From: Dendrobates tinctorius
Taxonomy: Eukaryota
Direction: 5' to 3'
Assembly (NCBI RefSeq): GCF_039654945.1
Contig: NW_027361694.1
Location: 16,244,001 to 16,308,000 of the forward strand
Length of the DNA stretch: 64,000 bases
The notes beneath the pieces are model-generated. The model was not told the DNA's origin. It saw nothing but the letters and a program-made list of their open reading frames with translations, and did not search any database. Within the stretch, counting starts at the first letter, position 1, and each line of letters opens with the position of its first letter. Positions 12,701-24,320 of the stretch are shown in pieces. A program made the translations under genes and the position numbers.

Positions 12701-13400
12701 TTCTCACCACACATCTAGATAAGTTCCTTAGGGGGTCTAGTTTCCAAAATGGTGTCATTTGTGGGGGGTTTCCACTGTTTTGGTACATCAGGGGTTTTCC
12801 AAACGCGACATGGTGTCCGATCTCAATTCCAGCCAAAAACGTCAAATGGCATTGCTTCCCTTCCGAGCTCTGCCATGCGCCCAAATAGTGGTTTACCCCC
12901 ACATGTGGGGTATCAGCGTACTCAGGACAAATTGCACAATAACTTTTAGGGTCCTGTTAACCTTGGGAAAATAAAAATTGGGGTGAAAAGATCATTTTTG
13001 TGGAAAAAATATGATTTTTTAATTGTACTGCTGTACGTTATAAACTTCTGTAAAGCCCTTGTGGGTTCAAAGTTCTCACCACATATCTAGATAAGTTCCT
13101 TGGGGGGTCTAGTTTCCAAAATGGGGTCACTTGTAGGGGGTTTCCACTGTTTAGGTACATCAGGGACTCTCCAAACGTGACATGGCGTCCGATCTGAATT
13201 CCAGCCAATTTTGCATTGAAAAAGTCAAACGGCGCTCCTTCCATTCTGAGCTCTGCCATGCGCCGAAACAGTCGTTCCCCCCCACAAATCAGGTATCAGC
13301 GTACTCAGGACAAATTGCACAATAACTTTTGCAGTCTAATTTCTCCTGTTACCCTTGGTAAAATAAAAAAAATTGAACCTGAAGTATTTTTTTTGTGAAA
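9705..13400 (+). repeat. Tandem array of about 9-10 units of 373-389 bp
   Basis: Anchor TTATAAACTTCTGT at 10004, 10393, 10782, 11171, 11547, 11920, 12293, 12666 and 13038 (spacings 389, 389, 389, 376, 373, 373, 373, 372). Confidence 0.95.
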
Positions 13401-16400
13401 AAAGTTAGATGTTCATTTCTTTTTAAATATTCAAAAAAATTCCTGTGACGCACCTAATGGGTTAATAAACTTCTTGAATGTGGTTTTGAGCACCTTAAGG
13501 GGTTCAGTTTTTAGAATGGTGTCACTTTTGGGTATTTTCTATCATATAGACCCCTCAAAGTGGCTTCAAATGTGATGTGGTCCTAAAAATAAAATGGTGT
13601 TGTAAAAATGAGAAATCGCTGGTCAACTTTTAACCCTTATAACTTCCTAACAAAACAAAATTTTGGTTCCAAAATTGTGCTGATGTAAAGTAAACATGTG
13701 GGAAATGTTACTTATCAAGTTTTTTGTGTGCCGTATCTCTGTGATTTAAGGGCATAAAAATTCAAAGTTGGAAAATTGCGAAATTTTCAAAATTTTTGCC
13801 AAATTTCCATTTTTTTCACAAATAAACGCAAGTTATTTGAATGAAATTTTACCACTAACATGAAGTACAATATGTCACGAGAAAACAATGTCAGAATCAC
13901 TGGGATCAATGGAAGCGTTCCAGAGTTATAACCTCATAAAGGTACAGTGGTCAGAATTGTAAAAATTGGCCCGGTCATGAACGTGCAAACCACCCTTGGT
14001 GGTGAAGGGGTTAATTTATCTCTTTAAAAGCGAAGGGTAGCAATATCACATGTGGTGATTTCAATCTCCCCATGAATGCGGACCTTGACTGCTCTTCAGG
14101 AAGGAAGAGAACTAGGAGGGGTTTGAACCTCCTATCCCATGAATTTCACCTGCATGACTTTTGGAGATACTCACACACATCGGAAAGAGATTATACTTTT
14201 TATTCTCCTAGGCACTCCACATACTCCCGTATCGACTATTTCTTAATAGATAGTGTGACCCTAAGCAGGTGTCTAAATGCCACTATTGGCCTAATCGCCT
14301 GGTCTGACCACGCTCCTGTCTCTCTGACCCTTGCTCTTGCCCACCAGGCTGACCCTGCGTTCAGGTGGCGTCTTCATGACTCATTGCTGCTGAGGGGGGA
14401 GGTGGTTGATAGGGTTTCCTCGGAGCTGGAGGGCTACTTTCAAATAAACGATAATGGGGAGGTCTCTGATGAGATCCTTTGGTCTGCTCACAAAGTGGTG
14501 GTTGGGGGGGTTCTCCTACAACAAGCTTCATATTTAAAGAAGAAAAGAGAAGCCAGTAGAGAGGCTCTGCTCTCCCGTTTACATTATTTAGATGCTATTA
14601 ATAAGGCTGCACATACGCCCTCCGTCTCTGAGGAGATCTCCCAAATTAGATTTAGATTAAGGGAAAATTTCCTATACAAATATGCATACAATATGAGGAA
14701 ACTTACAGTAAAACTAACTTATATGCTACCGGGGACAGGGCGGGAGCGCTTCTAGCTCGCAGAGTTCGTAAACGGGAGGTCATGTCACGAATTGACCACA
14801 TATTGGATGAGCAAGGTAGAGCCCTTAGGAACCCACGGGACATAGTGCAAGCCTTTGCTCAATATTACTCTATAATTTAAAAGATGATGCCTCCACCCCT
14901 CAACCGGACCAAACATCTATTGATGCATACTTAGATTCTGTTAATTTGCCATGTATTACCATTGACCAATTAAATTATTTAAACGCCCCCTTCGCGGCTG
15001 CAGAAATTCAGCAGGCGATTAAACAGACTAAACTTCATAAAGCCCCAGGCCCGGATGGCTTAACGAATGATTATTATAGGACCTTTTCTCAGCAATTAAC
15101 ACCATATCTACAGCGTCTGTTCACACACTGGAGAGACGCTGGTACTGTGATGGCCCCTAATTTAGAGGCCACTATTTCCACTATACCAAAACCGGGGAAA
15201 TCAGACCCATTGCTTTGTTAAATTCAGATGTCAAACTGTTTACTAAAATCATAGCATCTAGACTGAAACTAATTATACCGACTATAGTGTCACCAGATCA
15301 GGTGGGCTTTGTTGCAGGACGGGAGACGAAGGATGGCATACAACGTATGTTGAATTTGATTAAAATATCTGAGCTGTCTGGCCAACCCAGTGCATTCCTG
15401 TCACTTGATGCTGAAAAAGCTTTTGACAGGGTGCACTGGGGATATTTAAGAGCAGTCCTGAAGAAATTTGGACTGTCGGGTCCTATATTATCTGCAATCT
15501 GTGCCATGTACTCGACCCCCTGCGCCAGGGTTTTGACGTCTGGCTTCTTGTCCGGCCCGTTCCAGATCACGAACGGTACGAGACAGGGGTGCCCGCTCTC
15601 GCCTGTTATTTTTGCGCTGTGCATGGAGCCGCTTGCCGAGCGCATTAGAATGTCGGCGGGCATTTCTGGGATTAGGGTTGGACAGGTGGAGCACAAAGTC
15701 GGTCTAGACGCCGATGATGTCATTCTATCCTGTGTAAATTTAGAATCTTCGTTTTCTGCGATTATTTGTGAACTTGGGGAATTTAGCAAGGTCTCATACT
15801 ATAAACTGAACCCCACAAAATCCCTGTTGTTTCCGGTGGCGGTTCCTTGTGGGGCAAAGACAAGGCTGGAGGCCATTTTTCCATTTAAGTGGATGAGAGA
15901 GGGTATTCCATATTTGGGCATTACACTGCCGGGTTCTGAGCAGATAGGAACTTTACTAATTTGGAAATACAGCTTAAGAAACAATTGGAGCAGCTTCATG
16001 CTGTCCAGACCTCCTGGATTGCAAGGATTAATGCCTTTAAGATGATTGTCCTACCTAAAATATTGTACCTACTCCGGTGCATACCAATGATAATCCCTAA
16101 AAAAAAAATTCTAAGATTACAAACTATGGCATATAGTTATATTTGGTCATATAAAAAGTCTAGGATCTCCAGGGCCCTAATGTATTTCCCGTATAAAAAA
16201 GGGGGACTGGGGGTACCAAACTTGTTAAAGTATCATAAAGCCGCTATAATGACGGGACTGAGAGACTGGTGGCAAGCGGACAGAGACCATAAATGGCTTC
16301 AAATAGAAAATTATTATGCTACCGCCAAGTCTACCCGATATATTTTGGAAGCTGAAGCTATTAAAACTACTAAATATTCCCCACTTTTGCCAACTATGAA

Positions 16401-17599
16401 AGCTGCGCTACATCATTGGAGGACAGTGGTCCCATCTCTTATTAAACTATCCCGCCACTCCATATCGTTAAAGGCCCTTGAGATGCATATTCCATACCTT
16501 AATCTTCAGTCATGGGTTGCTGCCAGAATTGTGAGTCTGGGAGACCTAGTGGGGAGTGGTGGGTTAATCCCGTTTGACCAACTGGCTGCTGAGTTTCCGG
16601 CCACCCGGAGGTGTTTTTACCAATACCTACAAATACGTCATATGTTGCATAATTCACCGGACTCAGTTTTTTTCAATTCACAACTAAATAACACAGTTAA
16701 CGGTTATTTTCTGCTGCCTGATTCTGGCCCAAGAGGTATCTCATTATTATATAGAGCCCTGAATGACCCGCCGGATAATACAAAACTGCCCTATATGATC
16801 AGGTGGGAGCGGGATCTGGATTTTCTCTCCGAACCTGTTGACTGGGAGGAAGGATTGTGTGAAGTTGTACGGGTCTCTTCATGTGTGAACCATCTGGAGC
16901 AATTGAAAAAGACGCACCTGAGATGGTACCAGTTCCCGGTCCGAACGGCACATTTTGGAGCTGGTGGGTCTGGTGAATGCTGGAGAGGGTGTGGGATGAG
17001 GGGTACTCTTGAGCATACTTGGTGGTCCTGTCCGGTGCTCCAGCCTTGGTGGAGGGGTGTTGATTTATTGATCTCACAAGTCTTGGGTATCCAGATGACT
17101 CTGACCCCAAGCCAGGCCATTTTACACATTGGCCTGAACGAAATTCCTCATATTCTTAGAGGTACGCTGTCACATATTTTGATAGCTGCTAGAGTGTTGA
17201 CAGCGTCTAGATGGAAAGATCCCCCCCCCCAGAGGTTGCAGGACTAATTGATAGAATTAACACTCACTGCCAGATTGATCTAGCACTAGCTCACTCGATG
17301 ACCGCCATAATAAAAAGACAGAACATTTGGCACCCCTGGATACATAGTAGACACTTAAGATGCCGGATATTAGATATTGGATGTTGTTTGTTTTCTTTCC
17401 TTTTTGGAATATATTACTGTACTGCAGAACACTGAGACTTATTATGTGTACTTGCTGTTACACATAGTTCTATCGATGCCACTAATGCCTGTTCCTCCCC
17501 TCAAGCCTTCCCCTCCCCCCCTTCCTTTCCTGTTTTTCATTTGTCGATCCCCACTTTTTGCTCCTTATTTTCTCCTCTCCTTCCCCTAGTTTCATATAT

Positions 17600-17760
17600 A
17601 TGGTGGTTGTAACTATGGTTGTCATTGGTTACCCTGTGGAAGCGCCTTTGCAGCGCGAAACGATCGTCGTTGCTACCTCCTTTTTGCACCCGTTCTCCCG
17701 CTGATATTCTTTTATAATAAAGCCTTGACTACACTACCCAGTGAGTGCCGTTCTTTTCTA
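17600..17760 (+). mobile_element. Penelope-like terminal-repeat fragment with degenerate hammerhead motif
   Basis: CTGTGGA-A-GCGC(loop)GCGC-GAAA-CGATCG-TC at 17634-17668, then AATAAA...GTGAGTGCC as in the PLE tail at 3134-3169. Confidence 0.6.
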
Positions 17761-18384
17761 CTATTTTTTGCCATTTATGAAATGGTTACAGCGATATTGT
17801 GACAATGCTATAACCTCCATAATAAGTCATCCAAAGTGATACATTTAGGAAAACAACGGGATTTCTTTAGAAGAATGTCTGTTTATACTCAAAAATTAGT
17901 CCAGTTTATTAATGTGAAAGTCCGCACTTCCCCAGCTGTGCAAATGTAAAATGGAACAGTCATTTTGGATACCAAAGTATTCAAGGAAACAGGGTACGAG
18001 GAATGATCTTAACAAAACAATTATTTTCAATCAGGTTGGATTTTGACAAGAAAATACATTCAGACGACCAGGAAATAAAAAACCAGAGCACAAACATAAT
18101 ACATGAATAATGCGACATAGAAATCAGTGTGCTTAAAGATCTTGTTCTCTTTCAACTATGTTTCTATCCCAGCTTCAGATTATAATCAAACATAAAACTG
18201 TTCTTTATTCACCTTCTCCATGTCCACTCGCAAGTTTAAAAAAAAACAAAAAACAACAAAACAAAGCAAAAAAAAAACTGGACACTGAAAGTACAGTACT
18301 GATAGTCATCTCATCTTATGTGTTTTTTTTTCATAATGTTGGGTGGCGCACTTACATTTACAGATTATCCACAGGTCTCTGATG

Positions 18385-18748
18385 TATTTATTAAGTTTCT
18401 ATCCCGGCTGCAGCTTGTTATAACACTACAAATGCACTGTACTCCCCTTCCCTTGGTCCTCCAGCGACTTTCTGCTGCTGCTCCAGATGTATGACATTGG
18501 CTGCCGCGCTGACGTTATGTCAACAGTGTGGCAGTCAGTGAGCTCAGTGCAGGGGGAGTTCTGTCTACACTGCCAGAGCCCCTGACCTCACCAATTGGCT
18601 GCCGTGCTGTCAAGATGATGTCAGCACAGCAGGAAATGCCTAGAACCAGGAGCAGCGGTGGAACCAGGGAAGGAGAGTACAGTGCAGTTTATGGTTTTAT
18701 AACAAGCTGTTGCTGAGAGAGAAATTTAATTGAGCGGGAATAACCCCT
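18385..18748. mobile_element. Kolobok/T2-type MITE (left end eroded)
   Basis: Ends in AACCCCT-TTAA; inverted arms CAGCTTGTTATAA...GCACTGTACTC / GAGTACAGTGC...TTATAACAAGCTG. Confidence 0.6.
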
Positions 18749-19323
18749 TTAAATACTAAATTCCACTATAAATCAGAGACAATCTGTAAATATAAGTGCC
18801 CACTCAACATTTTGAAATAAAACATGTAAGATGAGATGACTATCAGTGCTTTTAATGTCCAGGATTTTCTTTATGGGGTCTTTGAGCAGTACCTACAGGA
18901 GCATAGTATATTACTACTGCTGCAACATTGCTTTGATGATCCACTGCTGTAATGATTATCATGCCAACATTATTTGGATTTAAAAACAAAACGTTTAAAA
19001 GCGGTCATGGGATTATATTTTTGGCAGTTAAATTTTGTTCCAGCACAATTAGCCCATGGTGATATGTTTTAAAGGTTCTCTATCCAAACGAAATGACAGG
19101 ACAGTGATGTCAACTTTGTCAATTATGTGACATCATTTGTAACCTTTTACCCTATAAACGGATGTGTTTCCATTGGTAAGAGTAAGCTTAGTTCACAGCG
19201 TGAAGCCAAGTTCACGAGTCTTATCTCACAGTGTAGGGCTGAGTTCCTCCGGTCTTGATGAGGGGGCCAAAAAGTCAGCGCTGACAAAGATCTGATGCCT
19301 AGCGATGGGTTTAGGCACAGTAA

Positions 19324-19612
19324 GGTCTCTTTCACACTTTTTTTTGGTACGTGTGTTATCCGTGACTTGCACATAAATCACACTTATTAACATGAGTGGG
19401 CTTTTTCACATGTCTCTATTTTTGGACCGACTGGCTGCAAAAAAGATGGAGACATCAAGTGTCTGATTCATGCTTCATTAAACTCGCTAATGCAAGTCAA
19501 TGGCCAAAAGGATAGTAAAAACTGATCCATGGGCCAAAAATGGGTCCAGGAAACTGAAAAACATAAAATGTTTTCCACATATCAGGAAAAAAACTGGTGT
19601 GTGAAACTGGCC
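19324..19612. mobile_element. Degenerate Harbinger-type MITE
   Basis: TAA-GGTCTCTTTCACAC ... GTGTGAAACTGGCC termini. Confidence 0.5.
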
Positions 19613-19754
19613 TACAGCCAGTCTCACACATCTCTGTTTTGCGGTCAGAGTAGTGTCTGATGTACGGTTTCGCTGTTGGTCCGTTGACCTAAACTCAATG
19701 ACGCTATTAAGTTCTGGTCAAAAGAAATAAGGCCAGTCCTTACAACAGTGTGTA

Positions 19755-21000
19755 CGAGGGGCAGCTGCTATGTCTTTGTGACCTTTTTTTTTTTGTTTCT
19801 ATGGTAATGAATATTACATCACATGAAAGACTTATATGTCTAATATATGATTTCAAAACTTTGCATTTTTAGCTTATGGCAACAGTGTTCTAAGCACGCA
19901 GGAAAATAATGTGGCGGAGTCTAGTGCGATATTCACAGCAAATGAAAGCAGACGAGTGATAAAAATTCTTGTTTCTGCAAGGAATGTCCACGAAGGATAT
20001 TCATGGTAATATGGTCACAGACATTGGGGGATCAATGCCCTTCATACAGTTAAGAACTGGGTTGCTAAATTTAAAATGGGCTGCTTTACCACTAACGATG
20101 AGGCACGTCCTGGACGACCGAGAGAGTGGCTGTTGTTCCGGAGATCGTCGATGCTGTGCACAACCCTCATACTGGAGAATCGGCAAATTTCAGCTAAAGC
20201 AATAACAAACATCATGGGGATTTCCCGTGAACGTGTTTGTGTAATTATCCATGAACATTTGGACATATTTGACAACAGATCAGAAAAGCATGCGAGTGAA
20301 AACTTTCAGGTCCATTTGTCAGCATTTCCAGGTTGATAAGAATTTCCTGGATCAACTAGTCACTATGGACGAGACCTGGATTTATTTGTATGACCCTGAA
20401 AGCAAGGAGCAGTTAAAAGAGTGGAGGCACAGTGGTTCTCCTCATCCAAAAAAGTTCAGGGTGCAAAATCAGCCACTAAGGTGATGGTGTCTGTGCTCTG
20501 GGATAATGAGGGCGTGCTGCTAGTGAACTACCTTCAAAAGGTTGCACCATCAATGGAAGGTATTACATTGAACTTTTGGACCAACTGAAGGCAGCTCTGA
20601 AGGCGCTGCAAGCTGTCCAAAGGAATCTTGTTCCTGCAAGACAACGCCTCCGCTCACACTGCACAAGTGACCAAGGCAAAACTGGCGGAGCTGGGCTTCC
20701 AGCTGGTTGACCACCCACTTTATTCACCAGATCTAGCTCCCTCCGACTAACATCTGTTTCCAAACCTGAAGAAACACCTCAGGGTACCAAATTTTACACC
20801 ATTTCTGATGCCATGGCTGTTACGGATGCCTTGTTTGAGGCACAACGGAAATCCTTCTTTTTGCAAGGCTTACAGAACTTTGAATACTGATGTAAGAAGT
20901 GTGTTGACATCAGTGGAGAGTATGTAAAATAAATGTAAAGTTTCATCTTCCTATCTCGTTTCTTTCTGGGTAAAGCGAAAGACTTATCAGCAGCCCCTCG
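19755..21000 (+). mobile_element. mariner (DD34D-type) element with pseudogenised transposase
   Basis: TA flanks; TIR CGAGGGGC...GCCCCTCG; 1.25 kb; fragments VTMDETWIYLYDPE, QDNASAH and HPLYSPDLAPSD with stops and frameshifts; nested in an older MITE (about 19616-21212). Confidence 0.9.
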
Positions 21001-21467
21001 TACTTGGGCCACTACGGGTCTCACATATCTGTGTTTTGGAGTACGAGTGCGGACCATGATGAAGGTTTTGGTTTTGGCTATGGGTCTACCTAAACTTAAT
21101 AGCCTCATAAAGGGATGTATATGAGACTATTAACTTGTGGTCAGAAAACACTAGGCCAGTGCTTGCATCACAGGCTGTACTTGGGCCACAAAACACAGAT
21201 GTGAAACTGGGCTAATGCAAAGCCCATCGTAACTGCTGCTTACAACATTAAGGCGCTAACAATGTTTTCAATGCAGCACGATCACTGAAGATCAATATTA
21301 AATCTGTCATCATTTTTCGTTTAACTTTTTAGAAAATGTTTAAATGATTGATTAGGATTGTGTGATATTAGGACAATGCACAACATGATGCTTATAAAAT
21401 AAATTTTGTCCAGAATGTGCCAGAGAGAAATCAGTTTTCATTCTTCCACATCACTTACTTCACTTAA

Positions 21468-21820
21468 AGGGAATCTGTCACCCTATTTTTCGCCTATCAG
21501 CTACCGGCATTCTGTTGAGGGCAGAGCAGAATACTGCAGTGCGCAGGCGCCGGTCCTCTCCCGGCACCTGTGCACTACAGGATTCTGCTCTGCCCTCAAC
21601 AGGGCAGATCAGTGCGCCTGCGCAGGAGCCACGACAGGCAGCAAAAAAGAGGACGTCACCGTTAGAAGATGGGAGGCGCCGGACGGGACACCCATGGGAC
21701 GGGACCGAACGCCTGGGTGAGTAACTCTTTTTTCTTATCTTTCAGGTACATCGGGGGCTCATCTACAGCATTACAGAATGCTGGCAGCTGATAGGTGAAA
21801 AATAGGGTGACAGATTACCT
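21468..21820. mobile_element. Kolobok/T2-type MITE
   Basis: TTAA on both sides; TIR AGGGAATCTGTCACCCTATTTTT / AAAAATAGGGTGACAGATTACCT. Confidence 0.85.
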
Positions 21821-22391
21821 TTAAAAGACATCCTGAGAAGACCAGCCCGTTACCCTATTAAATCCCCATAAAGTAATTGGCCTTTATTCCAGCATCAAGC
21901 AGCAAAGAAGAAAAAAAAAAACACTTTGTATCCAATGAAATTACGCATAATTACATGCTTGATGAAATTGTATTACCCTTGGAATAATTTGGTCTTGAAG
22001 CAGCAATGCCCATGGGAGTGCGGGCATATTATGGAGGAGAAAAAGCAGCCGGCCAGATCTTCCAGCTGCTTCAGACACTAATACCAGACAAATATCTGAA
22101 GTATCCCTTTTCTAGATTACAACCAGCAAATACTAAAACTGCACAAGCCCAGGTCAAAGGTTAGAATATGTTGTTTCTGGACTGCAGAAGCCAACCAGAA
22201 GGCAGTTGCTAAATTAGTGGCTGTGTCAGTAGGAATGGGCCCTGCCACATGTTGGCTTCATTCGCTATTCTAGAGAGGCCATGATAGTAAATGATGGTTG
22301 TCTATACAAAGCTGACACGAGAGAAACTGCTAATGCTACCTCATTCTAGTGATGGGAAACCCCATTTATGGGACATCTGTTGCATATCTAA

Positions 22392-22782
22392 GGGTACTGT
22401 CACACTTAGCGATGTACCAGCGATCCCGACCAGCGATATGACGTGGTCAGGATCGCTGGTGCATCGCTAAGTGGTCGCTAGTGAGCTGCCACACAGGCAG
22501 ATCTCACCAGCGACATTGCAGGGGTCGGGGGTCGCTACTTACCTGTCAGACGAGGCGATCCTGACATCCTCCCGCCCGCGTCCACGCGTCGCTCGTCTCC
22601 ACAGCAGGAAGCCCAACAGGAAGCTGACGACGAGAAATGGTCCAGGACGTTCTCGCGATCAGCGATAACCAGCGGGGGAGCGGTCGGAGGTAAGTATCAG
22701 ACATAGCGATATCGCTATAACGTCACAAAAACCAGTGACGTTATAGCGATATTGCTAGCATATCGCATAGTGTGACAGGCCC
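22392..22782. mobile_element. PIF/Harbinger-type MITE
   Basis: TAA-GGGTACTGTCACACT ... AGTGTGACAGGCCC-TTA; AGCGAT/ATCGCT subterminal repeats; related to 47456-48211. Confidence 0.8.
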
Positions 22783-23224
22783 TTAAGCGATGTGCCAACA
22801 GTCTGTCATAAGACAAAAATCCTCTGCTTGCCTACCCACAGTATGATTATTGAGCTGGAAAATGCATAGTTTCCACTAATTAGAACTATATGTTATAATA
22901 TTATTCATATTTTTGTAGAATTTACATGAAGATTCAAGGAACAGAAAATGCTCAAAATATTAGTTTGGTAGTAGGTGGAGTACAGGCTGTTAGAGGAGAG
23001 CACCGGTATATTGTATTTCATCAAGAGCCTTTAAAACAATGCATGTTCCACATACATATTTTCCACCCAAATCACTACATTTACACATCCTTTTCTGCTT
23101 TTAAATTCATCAAAAAAAGTCATCCTTTTCACATCTGCGATGCATCCATTGATTTTTCATCCTTTTTAAAAGCTGAAGGAGGTAAAACTGTCTGATCAAA
23201 ACATTTTTGTATCCAATGACTTAT

Positions 23225-23470
23225 CTATTTACTCAATGTCATTAATTCCGAAGGGCTTTACAGCCCTCATCACCACTGTTCCCACTGGGTCTCACAATCT
23301 AGATTCCCCATCAGTATGTCTTTGGAATGTGGGAGGAAACCGGAGAACCCCAAGGAAAACCACACAAACACAGGGAGAACATACAAACTCCTTGCAGATT
23401 TTGTCCTTGATAGGATGTGAACCCAGGACCCCAGCGCTACAAAGCAACAGTGCTAACCACTAAGCCATCA
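23225..23470 (-). mobile_element. tRNA-derived SINE (V-SINE-like)
   Basis: GTGGGAGGAAACCGGAG...GAGAACATACAAACTCC...GAACCCAGGACCCCAGCGCT...GTGCTAACCACT: reverse complement of A/B-box-like head and conserved core. Confidence 0.8.
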
Positions 23471-23803
23471 TGAACAATAGTAAAAACAATTGAATCATGT
23501 TTGGAAAACTAACGTAAAGGATTTTTAATTTTTCAGTCATTTTTAACAGCTTAAATGGCCAAATCTCATCGCTAAAAAAAAAGATCAGGACTGAACATGC
23601 TCTGATTCTAGGCATACTGATTTTTTTTGTTTTTTTTTTTTGCTTTTTGTGGTCGTGCCAAAGTTTACATTAAACTCTATGGGTCCATATACTGCTTGTT
23701 TAAAAAAAACAGTCTGCACATGTAAAAGTAAAATGGAGGTGAATATAGGTAAGCTAGATAAATATAATCAGGCCACAACTTCAAAACAAATTATAGTTAT
23801 AAC

Positions 23804-24320
23804 TAGAGATGAGTGGCTTGATTCATGGTGGGTCGAATGTGAGTCAAACTTCATGAAATTCATGGTTTTCAATTAAAAAAAAAAAAAAAAGTTGGTGGCA
23901 ACATTTCCGACATTGCTGAAGCATCAAAGAGCAGGCCAATGTCATTTTGCATGACTGAGTGGGCCACCCTTATACTGACATCTTGCAGATCATCAAACCT
24001 TGTACAATGGTGGTCAGTACCTGGGCCACAGAGCAGCGGTTCCCAGTAGAGCCCAGTTACTAGTCATTCTCCATTTGCAGAGTCACTGTGTAAGTCTCTC
24101 TTCTGTAGCGTGTAAGTTCTTATGATCAGTGGTGTCCTCTCACTTGTAGAGGTGGTAGTTGGGGTTGGCTCTCTCTCCTCTCCCACCACATGTATTTTCC
24201 AAACACTTAAATGTTTTCCAGTGTAGAGATTTGCGCAAATTTTTCGCCGCAAATGGAATTTTCTTTGGAAAATATGGCAAAGCCAGCAAATTCAAATCTC
24301 AAAATATCCACATATCTCTA
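23804..24320. mobile_element. hAT-type MITE
   Basis: TAGAGAT...ATCTCTA termini; 8-bp TSD GTTATAAC / GCTATAAC. Confidence 0.7.

Larger units (their letters stand above)
7765..14010 (+). mobile_element. Non-autonomous piggyBac-type element with internal tandem repeats (Tx1D-like architecture), 6.2 kb
   Basis: TTAA at 7761-7764 and 14011-14014; CCCCTT...AAGGGG termini; L1 ORF2 resumes right after; no transposase ORF; second copy at 51940-57698. Confidence 0.9.
7391..17345 (+). pseudogene. L1 ORF2p (endonuclease, reverse transcriptase, Cys-rich domain), split by insertion and several frameshifts
   Basis: SLNVRGLN, CLQETH, NVYAPN before the insertion; GDFN, SRIDYFL, SDHAP, KAPGPDG, SLDAEKAFDRV, GTRQGCPLSP, DADD (YADD mutated), YLGI and CWRGC...H...C after it. 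Confidence 0.92.
5798..17600 (+). mobile_element. L1-clade LINE, near full length, degenerate, interrupted by 7765-14010
   Basis: G-rich 5' start (GGGGGGCGGGG...AAGATGG), ORF1, T-rich spacer, and ORF2 with APE, RT and CCHC motifs; no poly(A) or TSD seen at the 3' end. Confidence 0.92.

Noticed and set aside
9788-13398. Many short repeated ORFs suggesting a tandem gene family or CRISPR-like array
   Set aside because: They are readings of the 373/389-bp units on both strands; there are no unique spacers, no cas genes and no coding signature.
23380-23470. Possible tRNA gene
   Set aside because: Only degenerate A/B-box-like sequence attached to a SINE body; no cloverleaf evident.
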